A stretch of 64,000 bases of DNA from Octopus bimaculoides (lineage: Eukaryota). The notes beneath the pieces are model-generated. The model worked only from the letters and a program-made list of their open reading frames with translations, did no database searches and was not told where the DNA came from. How positions within the stretch are numbered: the first letter of the stretch is position 1; each line of letters begins with the position of its first letter. Both the position numbers and the translations under genes were made by a program. The stretch is taken from positions 90,540,739-90,604,738 of the forward strand of contig NC_068986.1 of NCBI RefSeq assembly GCF_001194135.2, read 5' to 3'. This document shows, one piece after another, positions 21,891 through 34,450 of this stretch.

Positions 21891-23134
21891 AGATTAGATT
21901 GAATAAGTAATTTTTTTTCTTTTTTGCTGAATTTTACCCAAAATGTTAAAACAGTAAAGTGTAAAAGAATTACTTTTAACAACTCAGGACCTTGATAGCC
22001 AGTGTTTGGTTGACTGAAAATGGAAAATATTGAAATTATATTTCAGATAGTTTTCTGTAATATTTTGTTGAAGATCCAGGATTCAGTTCAAAATTCATTT
22101 CAGAAGGGATATATAGAAAAATTGTTTCAGGTAGTAATGAATGAGACAAACATGAAACTAGATGTGACCTCCACACATACTAGACGTTTTGTAAAGGAAG
22201 AAACTGAATAGATTTGATTTATCATTTGGTTGTGAAATCCTAAAATACAACTAGAACAGCCATTACAAAGTATTGGTCATAGATATCGTTAACAACCCTT
22301 ATTCTATCATATGAATTACAAATGCTTTTCAGAAGTTGAAATAACGCGTTACCAAAGTAGATTTAACAAAAAAAGAATCACTCACATTCTTTTTTTTTTC
22401 TTTTTTTTTTTGCTCTTAGCAGACTGTGTCTGCTAAAGTTTGAATTCATTTACTCAAATTTACAACTGTTTTGAAATGCAATTTTAGGGAGATTTTTTTG
22501 TCCTTGAAATTTTAATCAAAGTGTTGTTCCAAAGACAAATGCAGCATGAAAGACTCACATTGCCCATTCACAAAACACACCAAAACTATTAACTTCACTT
22601 AAACATTTATTATTTAGTGTCAAAATTGTTTGACACTATGAGTTTTTGGATGGTCAATATGTGCCTTTGACACTAAAATTGCTTTGGTTTCAACACAGTC
22701 TCAGATCAAATCACATGCCGAGCAAATTCATCTCCAAGATTATTTTAAAGAAGTTTTGATCAACTCATCACATTATAAAAATGTAGAACTTATCAAATGT
22801 TTTCAGAATCATGCATCATGTTGGTATCAACAATACGGGTCGCAAACTGACCAGTTGCTTCTTGAGTTCCTTGTTAACAGCCCTAAAAATATTCACATAA
22901 TATATTGTTATTTACAGTGTGTGTGTACACAGTAGTGGATATGAGCTGTTTTGGCATAAGCATTTTGGCACCACTTACTTGACGTCACTGATTTGGCACT
23001 GACTTATTTGACATCAACCTTTAGCATTTAAACTGGCCAGATCTGGCCCAAATATTCTACGTGTTTTATATTCAAACTGGCCAGATCTGACCTCTTACAC
23101 CCATCCTACAATGTCACTCCAAAAATAAACACTC

Positions 23135-23400
23135 ATCATCATCATCGTTTAACATCTGCTCTCCATGCTGGCATGGGTTGGACAGTTTGACATAGAGTTG
23201 GCTAGCAGGGTGCTGTCCAGACTCCAACTGTCTGTTGTGGCGTGGTTTCTATGGCTGGATGCCCTTCTTTACACCAACCACTTAGCAGAGTGTGCTGGGT
23301 GCCTTTTACGTGCCACTGGTACGGGTGCATTTACATAGCATTGGCACAGATGTGTTTTCACAGCGCTGGCATGGGTGCTCGTTAAGTGGCACTGGCATCT
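23135..23400 (-). mobile_element. RTE-type 3' tail fragment
   Basis: (CAT)nCGTTTAACATC...CCATGCTGGCATGGGTTGGAC...GGCTGGATGCCCTTC. Confidence 0.75.
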
Positions 23401-24708
23401 GAATGGACATTCCAAAACTATGAGGTATTGTGTGATTAATTGAAAACGATGTGAATAAATAAGCATTACATTTCACAGAGTAATCTGAATGCTAATGGGT
23501 TAATCTTTCCTCTCTTTGTCCACTCCCTGTGTTTTATGTATGTGAACGTATTTCTTTATGTGTATGAGGAGAGAGAAAGTGCTTATGTTAATCGTGTTCA
23601 ATCAATAAATAGTAATGTCTCTCTCTCCCTCCCTCTTTCTCACAATGTGTGTATATTTCTTGATGCATGTGTATGTGTGTGTGTTTGTTTCCATTGCCAC
23701 AACGTAGTGTCAACAAAACAGACAGAATGCCCAATCAGCCTGTACCAAATCATCAGCTCCAAACAGCTGCGCCCAATTATCTCATTCCACACAATGCTAT
23801 TCTGCATCTCTACAACACAGTGTACAGGTTGTCACCCAAGTTTCTGTGAAACATTACTAATTAAATATTGAATATTCTCATAAAATTGAAATCTCATCTT
23901 TTTCCTGGCCATCTCTCTTTAAAAACTGAAGATGTCAACATTATTAAACTACCAAGTAACCTTAACAGAATTGTTAAGGGACAGAATAGTAATTATTATA
24001 AAACATTGTTTTGTCTTTCTTTCATTTCTAGTCATTATTTACTTCTGTCAAGGCTGTGAATTGCCAGAATTGGTCGAGTGATTACTTCAACATCCTGTAT
24101 TTTCAGTTCTTATCTTACCATGGTCAGCTTTCCATTCCATCCTTCTAGAGTTGATACAATAAGTTTTAGCTATGTATTGCAATTAATTCAGTCAACTGTA
24201 TCCCTTTTTCTACATATCTGTGGCTTGTGTCAGTGGAAGAAAAAAATTGTTTCATTAGCTATTGTGTAACAGACCATAACATCAGCTGTTATGTAACTAA
24301 AAATAGCATCAGTTTCATATAATGAAATCATTAATTATTATGTAAAACACGTTAACTATAGCTATTGCACAAATTATAATATAAACAATATGTGACAAAG
24401 TATAACATCATACATATGTTACTAATTATATCATTATATCTAATTAAATATTATGTAACAGATAATAGCATCAGTTATACTTAACTGTAGCATTGATTGT
24501 GTAATTAACTATAATGACAATGAAACACTTTCCATTTGCAAATTATTGTGCAATCTTAGCTAAAGTTAATCAAACAGCCTTTTTCTTGTTGCTAATTAAG
24601 TTATGGAGTCATTTTTGACTGAATAAACTTCAGCTAAAATTAAACCCCTCAACATTTCTGCCTTTCTTTTGCAACCATTCAACCAAATTACAAAACACAT
24701 TCATTAAT

Positions 24709-24863
24709 TACATTATTTACATTATTTACATTTGACGGATATTTGTCCTCATCTTGTTTGTTGTTAACACGTTTCGGCTGATATACCCTCCAGCCTTCGT
24801 CAGGTGTCTTGGGGAAATTTCAAACCTGGGTTCTCATTCCTAACGATGTTACTATTATTATAA

Positions 24864-24900
<37 letters not shown>

Positions 24901-25026
24901 CAGGTCGCTGACGAAGGCTGGAGGGTATATCAGCCGAAACGTTGTGTTAACAACAAACAAGATGAGGACAAATATCCGTCAAATGTAAATAATGTAAATA
25001 ATTCCTCATCTCTTAAATATAGAACT
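24709..25026. mobile_element. Penelope-like (PLE) terminal-repeat foldback with 12-bp TSD and hammerhead-like motifs
   Basis: About 95-bp inverted arms (24709-24803 and 24908-25002) around a (TAT)n-containing spacer. ACATTCATTAAT is duplicated at 24697-24708 and 25027-25038. Each arm has CTGACGAAGGCTG...CAGCCGAAAC. Confidence 0.75.
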
Positions 25027-25694
25027 ACATTCATTAATGTTATTAAAAATATGTATATACTAACGTTAAGCCAGTGTTGAAGAATTTAGTCTGGTATAAA
25101 TAAATACTGGTTCTGGTGCTTCCCATTTTCACTCATTGACTGTGACCACTGCTGGCAGTGTTAGACTATCACAGTTAAAATCAATTCATAAAACTATAAA
25201 ATGTGAACTACTTAGGAGAGTATTGTAGTTCGCTTGAAGCATTGTGTATTGTTTGTAAAGAATAAAAAAACTACATCATATGAGATACCTATATATTTTA
25301 AAACTACAGCTTTGTTGTTGCCTTTGGCAGTTTTTGACCAGGATTGGCATCTTACAAATTCAAAATGATTAACTTAGGAGAGAAACCATATGGCAGTAAA
25401 AGGACAGCATATTTTGTACGTATATAAACTTATAATTGAAATAAATGCAATGATACTGAAAGTAAAAGGCATTTCTGTTGATTTCTGTGTCAGAAGTTAT
25501 TGTTAACATTTAGTTGCTTGATTATTATGAAAGAAACTATATCTTTTATTTGTGGCAATGACTTCACTGAATTGTGGCATATTGCTTGGGAAACACCCTC
25601 CTGCATTTGTGTTATATATATAATGAAAGATTAATTATGAAGTAAAAGCTACTCTCAAAGGACTTAAGATGGGGTTAGATATTGAAAGTAATAT

Positions 25695-25850
25695 GTGGCT
25701 GTGTGGTAAGAAGTTTGCTTCCCAACATCATGTGGTTCTGGGTTCAGTCTCACTGCGTGGTACCTTGGGCAAGTGTTTTATTATAGCCTCAGGCTGACTG
25801 AAGTCTTAGTGAATTTGGTAGATGGAAATTAAATGAAGCCCATTATATAT
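25695..25850 (+). mobile_element. SINE A head
   Basis: TGTGGCTGTGTGGTAAG...GAAGCCC(AT)n. Confidence 0.75.
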
Positions 25851-25860
25851 ATATATATTA

Positions 25861-26376
25861 CATAAAAAAATGTGAGCATGAAAAGTAATATTCTTAAGAT
25901 TATAAACCTGGAAAAGTACAGGATAAGTTATTACACATGGAAAAGTATAGGACAATCTATTACTTCTAGTAAAGTAAAGAATAAGAAACTTTTTACTTAA
26001 AATATTGCAGCAAAGAATGCCAATTCTTCTAATTTATCACTCTTTACATTTCTCATCTTTTAAATTTATTGTACAAAACTGTTCAGCTTGACGGATAAAA
26101 GTTTATCTAATTAGTCACTTTTTTCTGTATTTAAGGTAGTAAATTAGCCAAACTCTACTTAAATAAGTATAATGTTATTTGTAAACTATAATAAAATAAT
26201 TTTTAATAATCAAATTTTAATTTTAGCTGCAATATTTTAAGTAAAATGTTTCTTATTCTTTACTTTACTAGAAGAAATAGCTTGTCCTATACTTTTCCAG
26301 GTGTAATAACTTGTCCTATACTTTTCCAGGTTTATAATCTTAAGAATATTACTTTTCATGCTCACATTTTTTTATG
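25861..26376. mobile_element. MITE/foldback with ~155-bp TIRs, probable TA TSD
   Basis: Arms at about 25857-26011 and 26226-26380 are near-identical inverted copies. Each has a doubled CTGGAAAAGTATAGGACAAG-like subunit. Ends are TA|CAT...ATG|TA. Confidence 0.8.
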
Positions 26377-27329
26377 TAATTCATGATTTTTCGAGGCATT
26401 GCTGTTATAAGATAATNNNNNNNNNNNNNNNNNNNNNNNNNNNNNNNNNNNNNNNNNNNNNNNNNNNNNNNNNNNNNNNNNNNNNNNNNNNNNNNNNNNN
26501 NNNNNNNNNNNNNNNNNNNNNNNNNNNNNNNNNNNNNNNNNNNNNNNNNNNNNNNNNNNNNNNNNNNNNNNNNNNNNNNNNNNATAATTAAAGATTTAAA
26601 CTTATAAAATACTGAAAGATAATATTTCAATTTTTCCATGGAAGTGATGATAATATTTCAGTTTTTTTCATGTTTAAGTTAAATATATGTTGTGATTGAA
26701 TTATTTGCTATTACCCATCTGCACCAAATTAATGGCAGGGAATTTTACCATCTTGTTGGTTGCATCATCGCTCACCAAAAGTTGCAAACAACAAGACCCC
26801 AAAACCATCAGTTACCATTCTCACCTTAAGTAACCTAGATTTTGAGTTGGTGATAATAGCACTGACTGCTGCTAATCTAGATGTATCAATAATTATTCAA
26901 TACAACAGTAATTATAAAAGCATATCAGATATACACAAGTTAAAATTACCTACACCCCATTAATATAAATTTGATTTATGAAAAATCCCTTTTAATTAAT
27001 TTTGAAATTTAAAAGATAAATTTAGAATATAAGCACTTTTAACCAGTGCCTTTTGTGGACAGCCTTACTACATGTCTTCAGGTCTGCTCATAGAGACACA
27101 GCCAAAAATGACTATATTCCTGCCCCAATAAATTTAGATGCACATATCTGAAGCATATCACAAATTAATGAACTAGCCTGATTAAATAATTAACTAAAAA
27201 GAAAAGTAAAGCAACTGAAAAGGAAAAGCAAAAAAAGTAGAAAGAGAAAATTAATCATAAAAGTTAAACTTACCCTAATTCAACAGCATATTAAAAATTA
27301 CTTTATTAAAAAAAAAATACATGAAGGGT

Positions 27330-27425
27330 AAAGTTGACCTCAGTGGAATTTGAACTCAGAACGAAAAGACAGACAAAATACTGCTAAGCATTTCACCCAG
27401 CACACTAACATTTCTGCCACCTTGC
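27330..27425 (-). mobile_element. SINE D head fragment
   Basis: GTTGACCTCAGTGGAATTTGAACTCAGAAC...GCTAAGCATTTC. Confidence 0.65.
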
Positions 27426-27912
27426 TGTGTTAGAATGTAAACATTCATTTTAGAAATATATTCTTATCTTAACATTATTGGGGTGTTACTTACTTCCTCA
27501 CTTACTGACAATAAATTTCATGACATTTTACCTCATAAGTTTTTTTCTACTAATTTTTGTTCAATGCGATTAACGATGCTGAATTCCTCATTCATTTTTC
27601 TATCATTTAAGCCTAAGAAAAGTATACTTTTATTTTAAAATAAAAAAAATTTATGTTAATTGAAGATGAATAGTATAAATACTGCCCACCTTTAGCCCTG
27701 ATATATTTTTGATGTAACTGTTTTTCTACTGAAATAAATCTCAAACTATTTATGCCAAAGTGTAGCTGAGGAAGTGTCCTCTTTAAAACTGTTAACAGTT
27801 ACCAATTTAGTTGAGAACTGAATTAGTGAAGCTGCTGCGATTGACGAAATATGGTGGACTTACGAATATATTCAACCACTACTGTGGTTGAATGATATAT
27901 ATATATATATAC

Positions 27913-27951
<39 letters not shown>

Positions 27952-28389
27952 CATACATATATACATACATATGTATATATGTGTCTCTGCTTGTTCTTTG
28001 CCACTGCTTGACAACTGGTGTTGGTATGTTTACATCCGTGTAACTAGTGGTTCAGCAAAAGACTGTAATAGAGCAATTACCAAGATTAAAATAAAACTAA
28101 GAACTGGGGTTGATTTGTTTGATTAAAGTTCTTTGATGTATTTATGAATGTGTGGTTGTGAGTTATATAGACAAAGAAATAGTGTGAGTTGCAGTGATGT
28201 GAAATTATTCTCCTTAATGAATGTATGGTGTCATGGTTCACAGCTCATTAGAAACATACTGTGTAATCTTTTATGACACTTCAAAGATGAATTTTAAGAG
28301 CAGTAATACAATCCTGTACTGACAGCAGTTACATTTGTTATTGTTGATGACATTGTGCAGTACATATAGACTTTGGCTTCTTTTAGCTT

Positions 28390-28623
28390 CTTATTTCTTT
28401 ATTGCCCACAAGGGGCTAAACATAGAGGGGACAAACAAGGACAGACAAAGGGATTAAGTCGATTACATTGACTCCAGTGCGTAACTGGTACTTAATTTAT
28501 CGCCCCCGAAAGGATGAAAGGCAAAGTCGACCTCTGCGGAATTTGAACTCAGAACATAACGGCAGATGAAATACTGCTAAGCATTTCGCCCGGCGTGCTA
28601 ACGTTTCTGCCAGCTCACTGCCT
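28390..28623 (-). mobile_element. SINE D, full length
   Basis: tRNA-like head, GGTCGACTTTGCCTTTCATCC core and tail GTGGGCAATAAAGAAATAAG. Confidence 0.85.
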
Positions 28624-28627
28624 TCTT

Positions 28628-28768
28628 TTAGTTTCTGTCTATGAAATCCACTGTCAAGGCTTTGGTCTGTTAGGGGATGTAGCAGAAGATACTTGCTCAA
28701 GATGCTGCACAATAGGAGTGAACTAGAGACCACATGGTTGGGAAGCAAGTTTCTCAACCACACAGCCA
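28628..28768 (-). mobile_element. SINE A head
   Basis: Reverse complement of the family-A head, abutting SINE D. Confidence 0.7.
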
Positions 28769-28944
28769 AGTCTGTGTCATCTTCATAGTTAAAATATACA
28801 AGTTTAAATTGTTAGAAATGTCAACTGTATTTTAATTGATTTGAGAATTGTTTTAGAAGATGGTAAATATGATGAATATTTTGTTAAAGCTGTCTAATTT
28901 AATAATCTTTTCTAAGCACAAGGCTTGAAATTTTTGGGGTGGGA

Positions 28945-29105
28945 GCCAGTCGATTACGTCGAACCCAATACGCAACTGGTACTTAATTTATCGACCCTGA
29001 AAGGATGAAAGGCAAAGTCGACCTCAGCAGAATTTGAATTCAGAATAAAGACATGAAATACCGCTAAACTTTTCGCCTGGTGTGCTGTTTCTGCCAGCTT
29101 GCTGA
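28945..29105 (-). mobile_element. SINE D (partial)
   Basis: Matches 28390-28623. Confidence 0.75.
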
Positions 29106-29472
29106 CTTGAATTTAATAATGAGTAACTTCCAACATTGGCACAATGCTACATATCTGAGAACTGAGACAGGGAGTTAGCAACACATTTTTTTGACACATG
29201 GATCTTATAATAATTTGGGAAAGAGGATACATAAAGGTGAGGCGCTCAGTTAAAAGAATTGATTTGGAAATAAAAGCAAAAATTCTACAAAGTATAAAGA
29301 CTCAAATGGAAAAATGTGTCGCTCAAGAAGGACTTCAGTTTGAACAATTTTCATGTTTCATATTTAGATGCTTTTATTAAATTCATTTAGTTTTTAAACA
29401 TAAATAAATCTTGGAATTAAATGGTTTTGATTTAGTGTCAGGTGACTTTTGGCCAACACTGTATGTCAAAAG

Positions 29473-29881
29473 TAAAGATTATTTGCCAACATAACATCCT
29501 GGTTTAGGACAAATGTTGCTGTAATTTAGCCCCAGGAGACATCGTCTCCAGCTGGCTATACGACACGATCTGTGTTCTTATATTTTTGAACAAGGGCATT
29601 TAGTACCCCCACTCAGCTCAAAACAATATCTGTGTATCGCGATTTCCAGGTTATTTCCCTTCATCAGCTCAGAAATTGCGATACACAAATATTGTTTTGA
29701 GCTGAGTTGGGGGGTGGGAGTAGGGGTAGGGGGCTAAATGCCCTTGTTCAAAAATATATATATATATATATGACACAGATCGTGTTGTATAACCAGCTGG
29801 AGATGATGTCTCCTGGGGCTAAATTACAGCAACATTCATCCTAAACCAGGATTGCCATATTATGTTGGCAAATAATCTTTA
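29473..29881. repeat. Long hairpin (palindromic MITE-like) element
   Basis: Inverted arms 29473-29646 and 29672-29881 with a 25-bp loop. The right arm has extra G-rich and (TA)n inserts. Confidence 0.85.
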
Positions 29882-30649
29882 TTCTAGAGAACTGTTGCCG
29901 AATATCTCTCATTGAGAGATTTACAAATAGTAATTTCCTGTATATCAAGTTGAAACTGAATGTATATTTAAACTGTTTATAATAATGTGTTTTATGCAAC
30001 AAAAGAAAAGTACCTATCATTTATCTTTAACTTGTTTCAGTGATGAACTGTAGCCATGCTGAGGCATTACCTTGAAGGGTTTTGGGTCAATCAAATTAAC
30101 CCCAGAATTTAATGTTTTGAAGTCTGGTACTTATTCAGTAAGTCTTTTATGCTGAACCACACAGTTACAGGGATAAGAACAAGCTCACACCAAGTGTCAA
30201 GCAGTGGTGGTAGTGTGATAAACATGGACACACACACACATATACAACAGGCTTCCACAGTACTTGTCTACCAAATTCATTTAAAGTCATTGGTCAGTCC
30301 AGAGCTATTGTATAAGACACTTGCACTAGGTGCTGTACAGTGGTACTGATCCTGAGATAGAAATTGTGTGGAAGCCTGCTTTTGTGTGTGTGTGTGTTAA
30401 TGTTTATTTCCATGTCATGTTATAATCACACAACTATGCTTGCACCTATGTTTAAAACGTTGGATTAACCCCAGCCAAATTTCTTTCAAATAACACCCTA
30501 TGTTCTTGGAAAGGGAAAGATGTGTTTAGAATATTATTGAAAAGTCCAAAATACTCTTGAAATTACAAAATGGTCAAAGCTGGAATGCTTTTGATTATTA
30601 GTCAGTTTAATCAGGATTTTGTTGGTACACCATGAACTTCAAATCACCA

Positions 30650-30785
30650 GGTGCAGGTGTGGCTGTGTTGTAAGTAGCTTGCTTACCAACTACATGGTTC
30701 AAGGTTCAGTCCCACTGCATGGCACCTTGGGCAAGTGTCTTCTACTATAGCTTTGGGCCGACCAAAGTCTTGTGAGTGAATTTGG
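30650..30785 (+). mobile_element. SINE A head
   Basis: GGTGCAGGTGTGGCTGTGTTGTAAG...GAGTGAATTTGGT. Confidence 0.8.
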
Positions 30786-30791
30786 TCGGTC

Positions 30792-30998
30792 AAACAAGGG
30801 AGATAATTAAAAAATCCTGAACATTTTGTCCAAGAATCACAAACACTTGGGTAGGTTTTTTATTATTTTCCCCCATCTCTGGAAGGAAGTTTGAAATCGG
30901 GGGTTCAGCATTTCAGTTCATCACTTCTATTATTAATTTTTTAATTATTGGATCATATATTTTAATCATATACCTCATACCTATTCAATCAAATGTTT
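30792..30998 (+). repeat. Dispersed or duplicated segment; second copy 35291-35860 interrupted by a SINE
   Basis: AAACAAGGGAGATAATTAAAAAATCCTGAACATTT...TACCTCATACCTATT(C/G)AATCAAATGTTT occurs at both places. Confidence 0.8.
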
Positions 30999-32149
30999 NN
31001 NNNNNNNNNNNNNNNNNNNNNNNNNNNNNNNNNNNNNNNNNNNNNNNNNNNNNNNNNNNNNNNNNNNNNNNNNNNNNNNNNNNNNNNNNNNNNNNNNNNN
31101 NNNNNNNNNNNNNNNNNNNNNNNNNNNNNNNNNNNNNNNNNNNNNNNNNNNNNNNNNNNNNNNNNNNNNNNNNNNNNNNNNNNNNNNNNNNNNNNNNNNN
31201 NNNNNNNNNNNNNNNNNNNNNNNNNNNNNNNNNNNNNNNNNNNNNNNNNNNNNNNNNNNNNNNNNNNNNNNNNNNNNNNNNNCGTCACACAATTATGTTA
31301 AAATTACTTCCCTTTGATCAAAAATTTGCATTTTTGGACGTTAGCGTTGGGAAAATAATTATTCGCGTCACTTCAATTATTCTAAAATTTTTTATGCCAG
31401 AATAAAGGAATTTCGTGCAGAATATTTTTTTCTCAACAGTCATTAACTGCTGGATATTTTGAGGCTAACATGTTAAAACAAGAATATATGAATATTCTCA
31501 TACAAAATTATTATTCCGACTACACGTTCTCTTCAATTACTCTATATCATTATTATGTATTATATTTTATACTTTACTTGTTTCACTTGTTGAGGTACAG
31601 CTTTGAAGGATCTTAAAAGAAATTTTGAGACCGTATTTGTTAATAATTTTTATTTTGTGATTTAATTAAATAATATTGTTATGTTTTAATTTGTATTTCT
31701 AAATTTATGATACAAAGCAATTCTAACAGAATTTTATTTTATTCAGGAAGATCTCTAGGATAGACATTTCTTGTTCTACGTTTGATGCTCTTTTGAAAAG
31801 CTGTCTTCCCTAACACGCAGGAATCTCACATAGTGCTGGTGATGAAAGAAATATGGTCTTGTCAATTCGATTCCAGCAACTGTCTCCACTCATCAGACAT
31901 GAACTTCTGAATTCTACCTTCTTTCATTCTGGATTTATTCATTCTGGACTGTTTTATTCTGAACTCTACACTCTCCGGTTGCACCTCTCCTACCCATGGA
32001 TTACACTGGACCCATCTTCTGATATGAATTATTATCCCCGACACGTATAGATCGTCAGTGTCTCTGGAAGGTAGTATTGTAATTAAACGGTAGAGTGCCT
32101 TAAGAAATATGATTTGATATCAATATATACGATTTTAACTGAAAGACAG

Positions 32150-33590
32150 TACAACAACAAAAATATCTTTTCTATATTTCATGGTGTCTTAAACTACTTT
32201 ATGAAATCATGATTTTATTAGCCGAAGAATTTAAGCAGCCCATTTAAATCTCAGATATCTCCTGCGCAATATTCATGAACCAATCTAATTTTAAAACAGT
32301 TGCTTAATGTGCCAATGCAACATATCACGAAGCTTGTTAGAGAAGAGACTTCGTGGAAGATGATTAAAACTGGAACAGTATCTTATAAGGAGCTGCAGTC
32401 TCATACTCTCCCAGCAAGAAGAAGATCCTCTTCGCTATTCATTATGCCTGTTCACCATCCGACCCTTAGCATGTTTGACAAAAACAAAAGGACATCATGA
32501 CAAAAAAACATACTGTATCAAGCACGAGAGTAACACCCCACTTTGAGTCTATCTCTGCTACGAGTAACCCAGCCCTGAATCTCAATAAAAATATTATGTG
32601 GCCCAAGGCTGACAAGGATCTTGAATTATGCTTTCAACTCCATTATGAAAGGAAACTGCAACACGAGAGATTCTTTAGGGACAAGCTATGATATACAACT
32701 GGAATAACAAGTCTACACAAGGGAATTAGTCTTGGTTTCTGATTTAAAAAAAACCCAACTTATACAAGGATTAATTCATTAGTAACATCTGATTCGGGAA
32801 GATGTGTCTGGTGGAACAGACAAAACATTTTTGATCAAGTTAATTTTGGCAAAATGTTCCTTCACTGAAGTAGACCATAGCAATCGTCTCATATGGAATT
32901 GCTCCAACTTTACTCTCAGGTGACAGGTTCTAAAGCAGTCCGAATTAAAGTATGGGTGCGCAATATCTCACAGACTTGCATTTGGGGCTATGAGGCTTTA
33001 CAAGGTGTCAGAGGTTTAAACAAAATCATGAGTGGAGTCACACTCTTGCTCCCCGATGACCTTTTGGCCAACTGCCTATCATTCAAAAGGGTACATCTAC
33101 TGATCAGTTGAGAGAACAGATCTCAGAAAGATCTTTGGAAACGCGATGAAAAACTTCAACTTTTTACCCATATGAGAGTTGTATTTGATGAAGATGTCTC
33201 AGCACCCGAGTTTGCAAAAGTTTTAATTCATATCTCAGTTGACAAAAAGGGGAGATGTAAAAAAAGAAGTGGTACTGAAAGTTTATCGTAACCCGCCACA
33301 GAATTTCTAGAAACCACTAGTAACTCTTTAAACTTGCAATCTGAGCTCTTCAAAACTGTCACTATATAGGATATTAATGTCATCACTATTTAAAAGGTAC
33401 CAGCCAACCCCAAATAGTATTAGTCAATTAACACTAAAGTTAATCTTAACGATGCTCTTAACAATCCAACAGTGTTTCTCAATTTTTTCCATCCTACTGC
33501 TGTCCCTTCTCGAAATCTTCAAACGAAAGCAGGAGCATCCATTTGAAATTCGGATACATCAAAAACTCTGTAACTATATAAAACTCTGAA
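32150..33590 (+). mobile_element. Helitron Rep-helicase (PIF1-like) remnant, heavily decayed
   Basis: Hand translation gives LRYLLRNIH, TYHEAC..DFVEDD.NW, GGTDKTFLIKLILAK (Walker A), YGIAPTLLSG, LQGVRGLNKIMSGVTLLL, LQLFTHMRV and VPSRNLQTKAGA..LCN, in Helitron order. Confidence 0.8.
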
Positions 33591-33699
33591 ACCGCCAAAG
33601 TAACTGGTGATAATTTCATTGATATGGTGGAGGATGTAGTAGTGTTCCGTCACTGCATTGATGAGTTCGTGCGGGATTGGCCCGTTTACGTTGGTGAGC

Positions 33700-34450
33700 T
33701 AAACGACCGCTTGATGCGATGAACAATGATGAGCGATTCCTACAGAACATTGTGTTCAACGATGAGGTTACGTTCCATGTGTGTGGACGTGTTCATCGTT
33801 ATAAAGTCATGATATGAGCTTAGAAACCATAACATGCCTTCATTGAGCACGAGTGTAACAGCTCCAAAGTGAATGTCAGGCGTGCACTCATACATGGTAG
33901 AGTTATTGGGACGTTTCTCTTTACCGAGCTGAATGTGACTTAAAAGACTACTTTGATATGTTGGACCAGTATGCAGTGTCACAAATACGGGATGTCGGTG
34001 CAGGTATCTTCTTTGAACACGATGGGACTCCCCTGCAATACAGCAGAATTGTCCGTGACTTTCTGGATAGGACATTTCCACAGCGGTGGACAGGGAGGGA
34101 TGGATGAATGCTATCGCCTCCACGATCGTCAGACCTCACGCCATTAGATTTTTACCTGTGGAGCTGTCAAGCAACGAGTGTACAGTGTTCCTGTTAGCGG
34201 TAGTGAGCACGTGAAGGAGAGAATCAATGACTGTCCAATCTGTTGCACCTGATATTCTTCGTTGTGTGAAACTAAAACTGGAGTTCCGATTAGATGTGTG
34301 CAGGGCAACGAATGGAAGCCACAGTGAACTAAACTGCTCTAAACTGTATGTAAACTTTATTAGTCTGTCTCGTATTCAACAAGTACATGAAATCTGTAGT
34401 GTTGCAAGTTACATCAATAAATAGTTTTTAAATCACACCATGATTTTACG
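33700..34450 (+). mobile_element. Tc1/mariner transposase remnant, DD41D (rosa-like)
   Basis: VFNDEVTFH, KVNV...IG.FLF, HDGTP and RWTGR.G..SPPRSSDLTPLDFYLW. Counted 41 residues between D2 and D3. TIRs not clear. Confidence 0.8.

Noticed and set aside
22400-23030. Possible DNA-transposon end with TTTGGCAC subrepeats
   Set aside because: The superfamily and second end could not be identified.
29170-29465. Tc1-like end (GACTTTTGGCCAACACTGTA)
   Set aside because: No matching opposite TIR or transposase motif found.
31742-32050. Possible exon after TTTTATTCAG| with a 65-aa ORF
   Set aside because: No recognisable domain, low-complexity TTCATTCT repeats, and no convincing partner exon.
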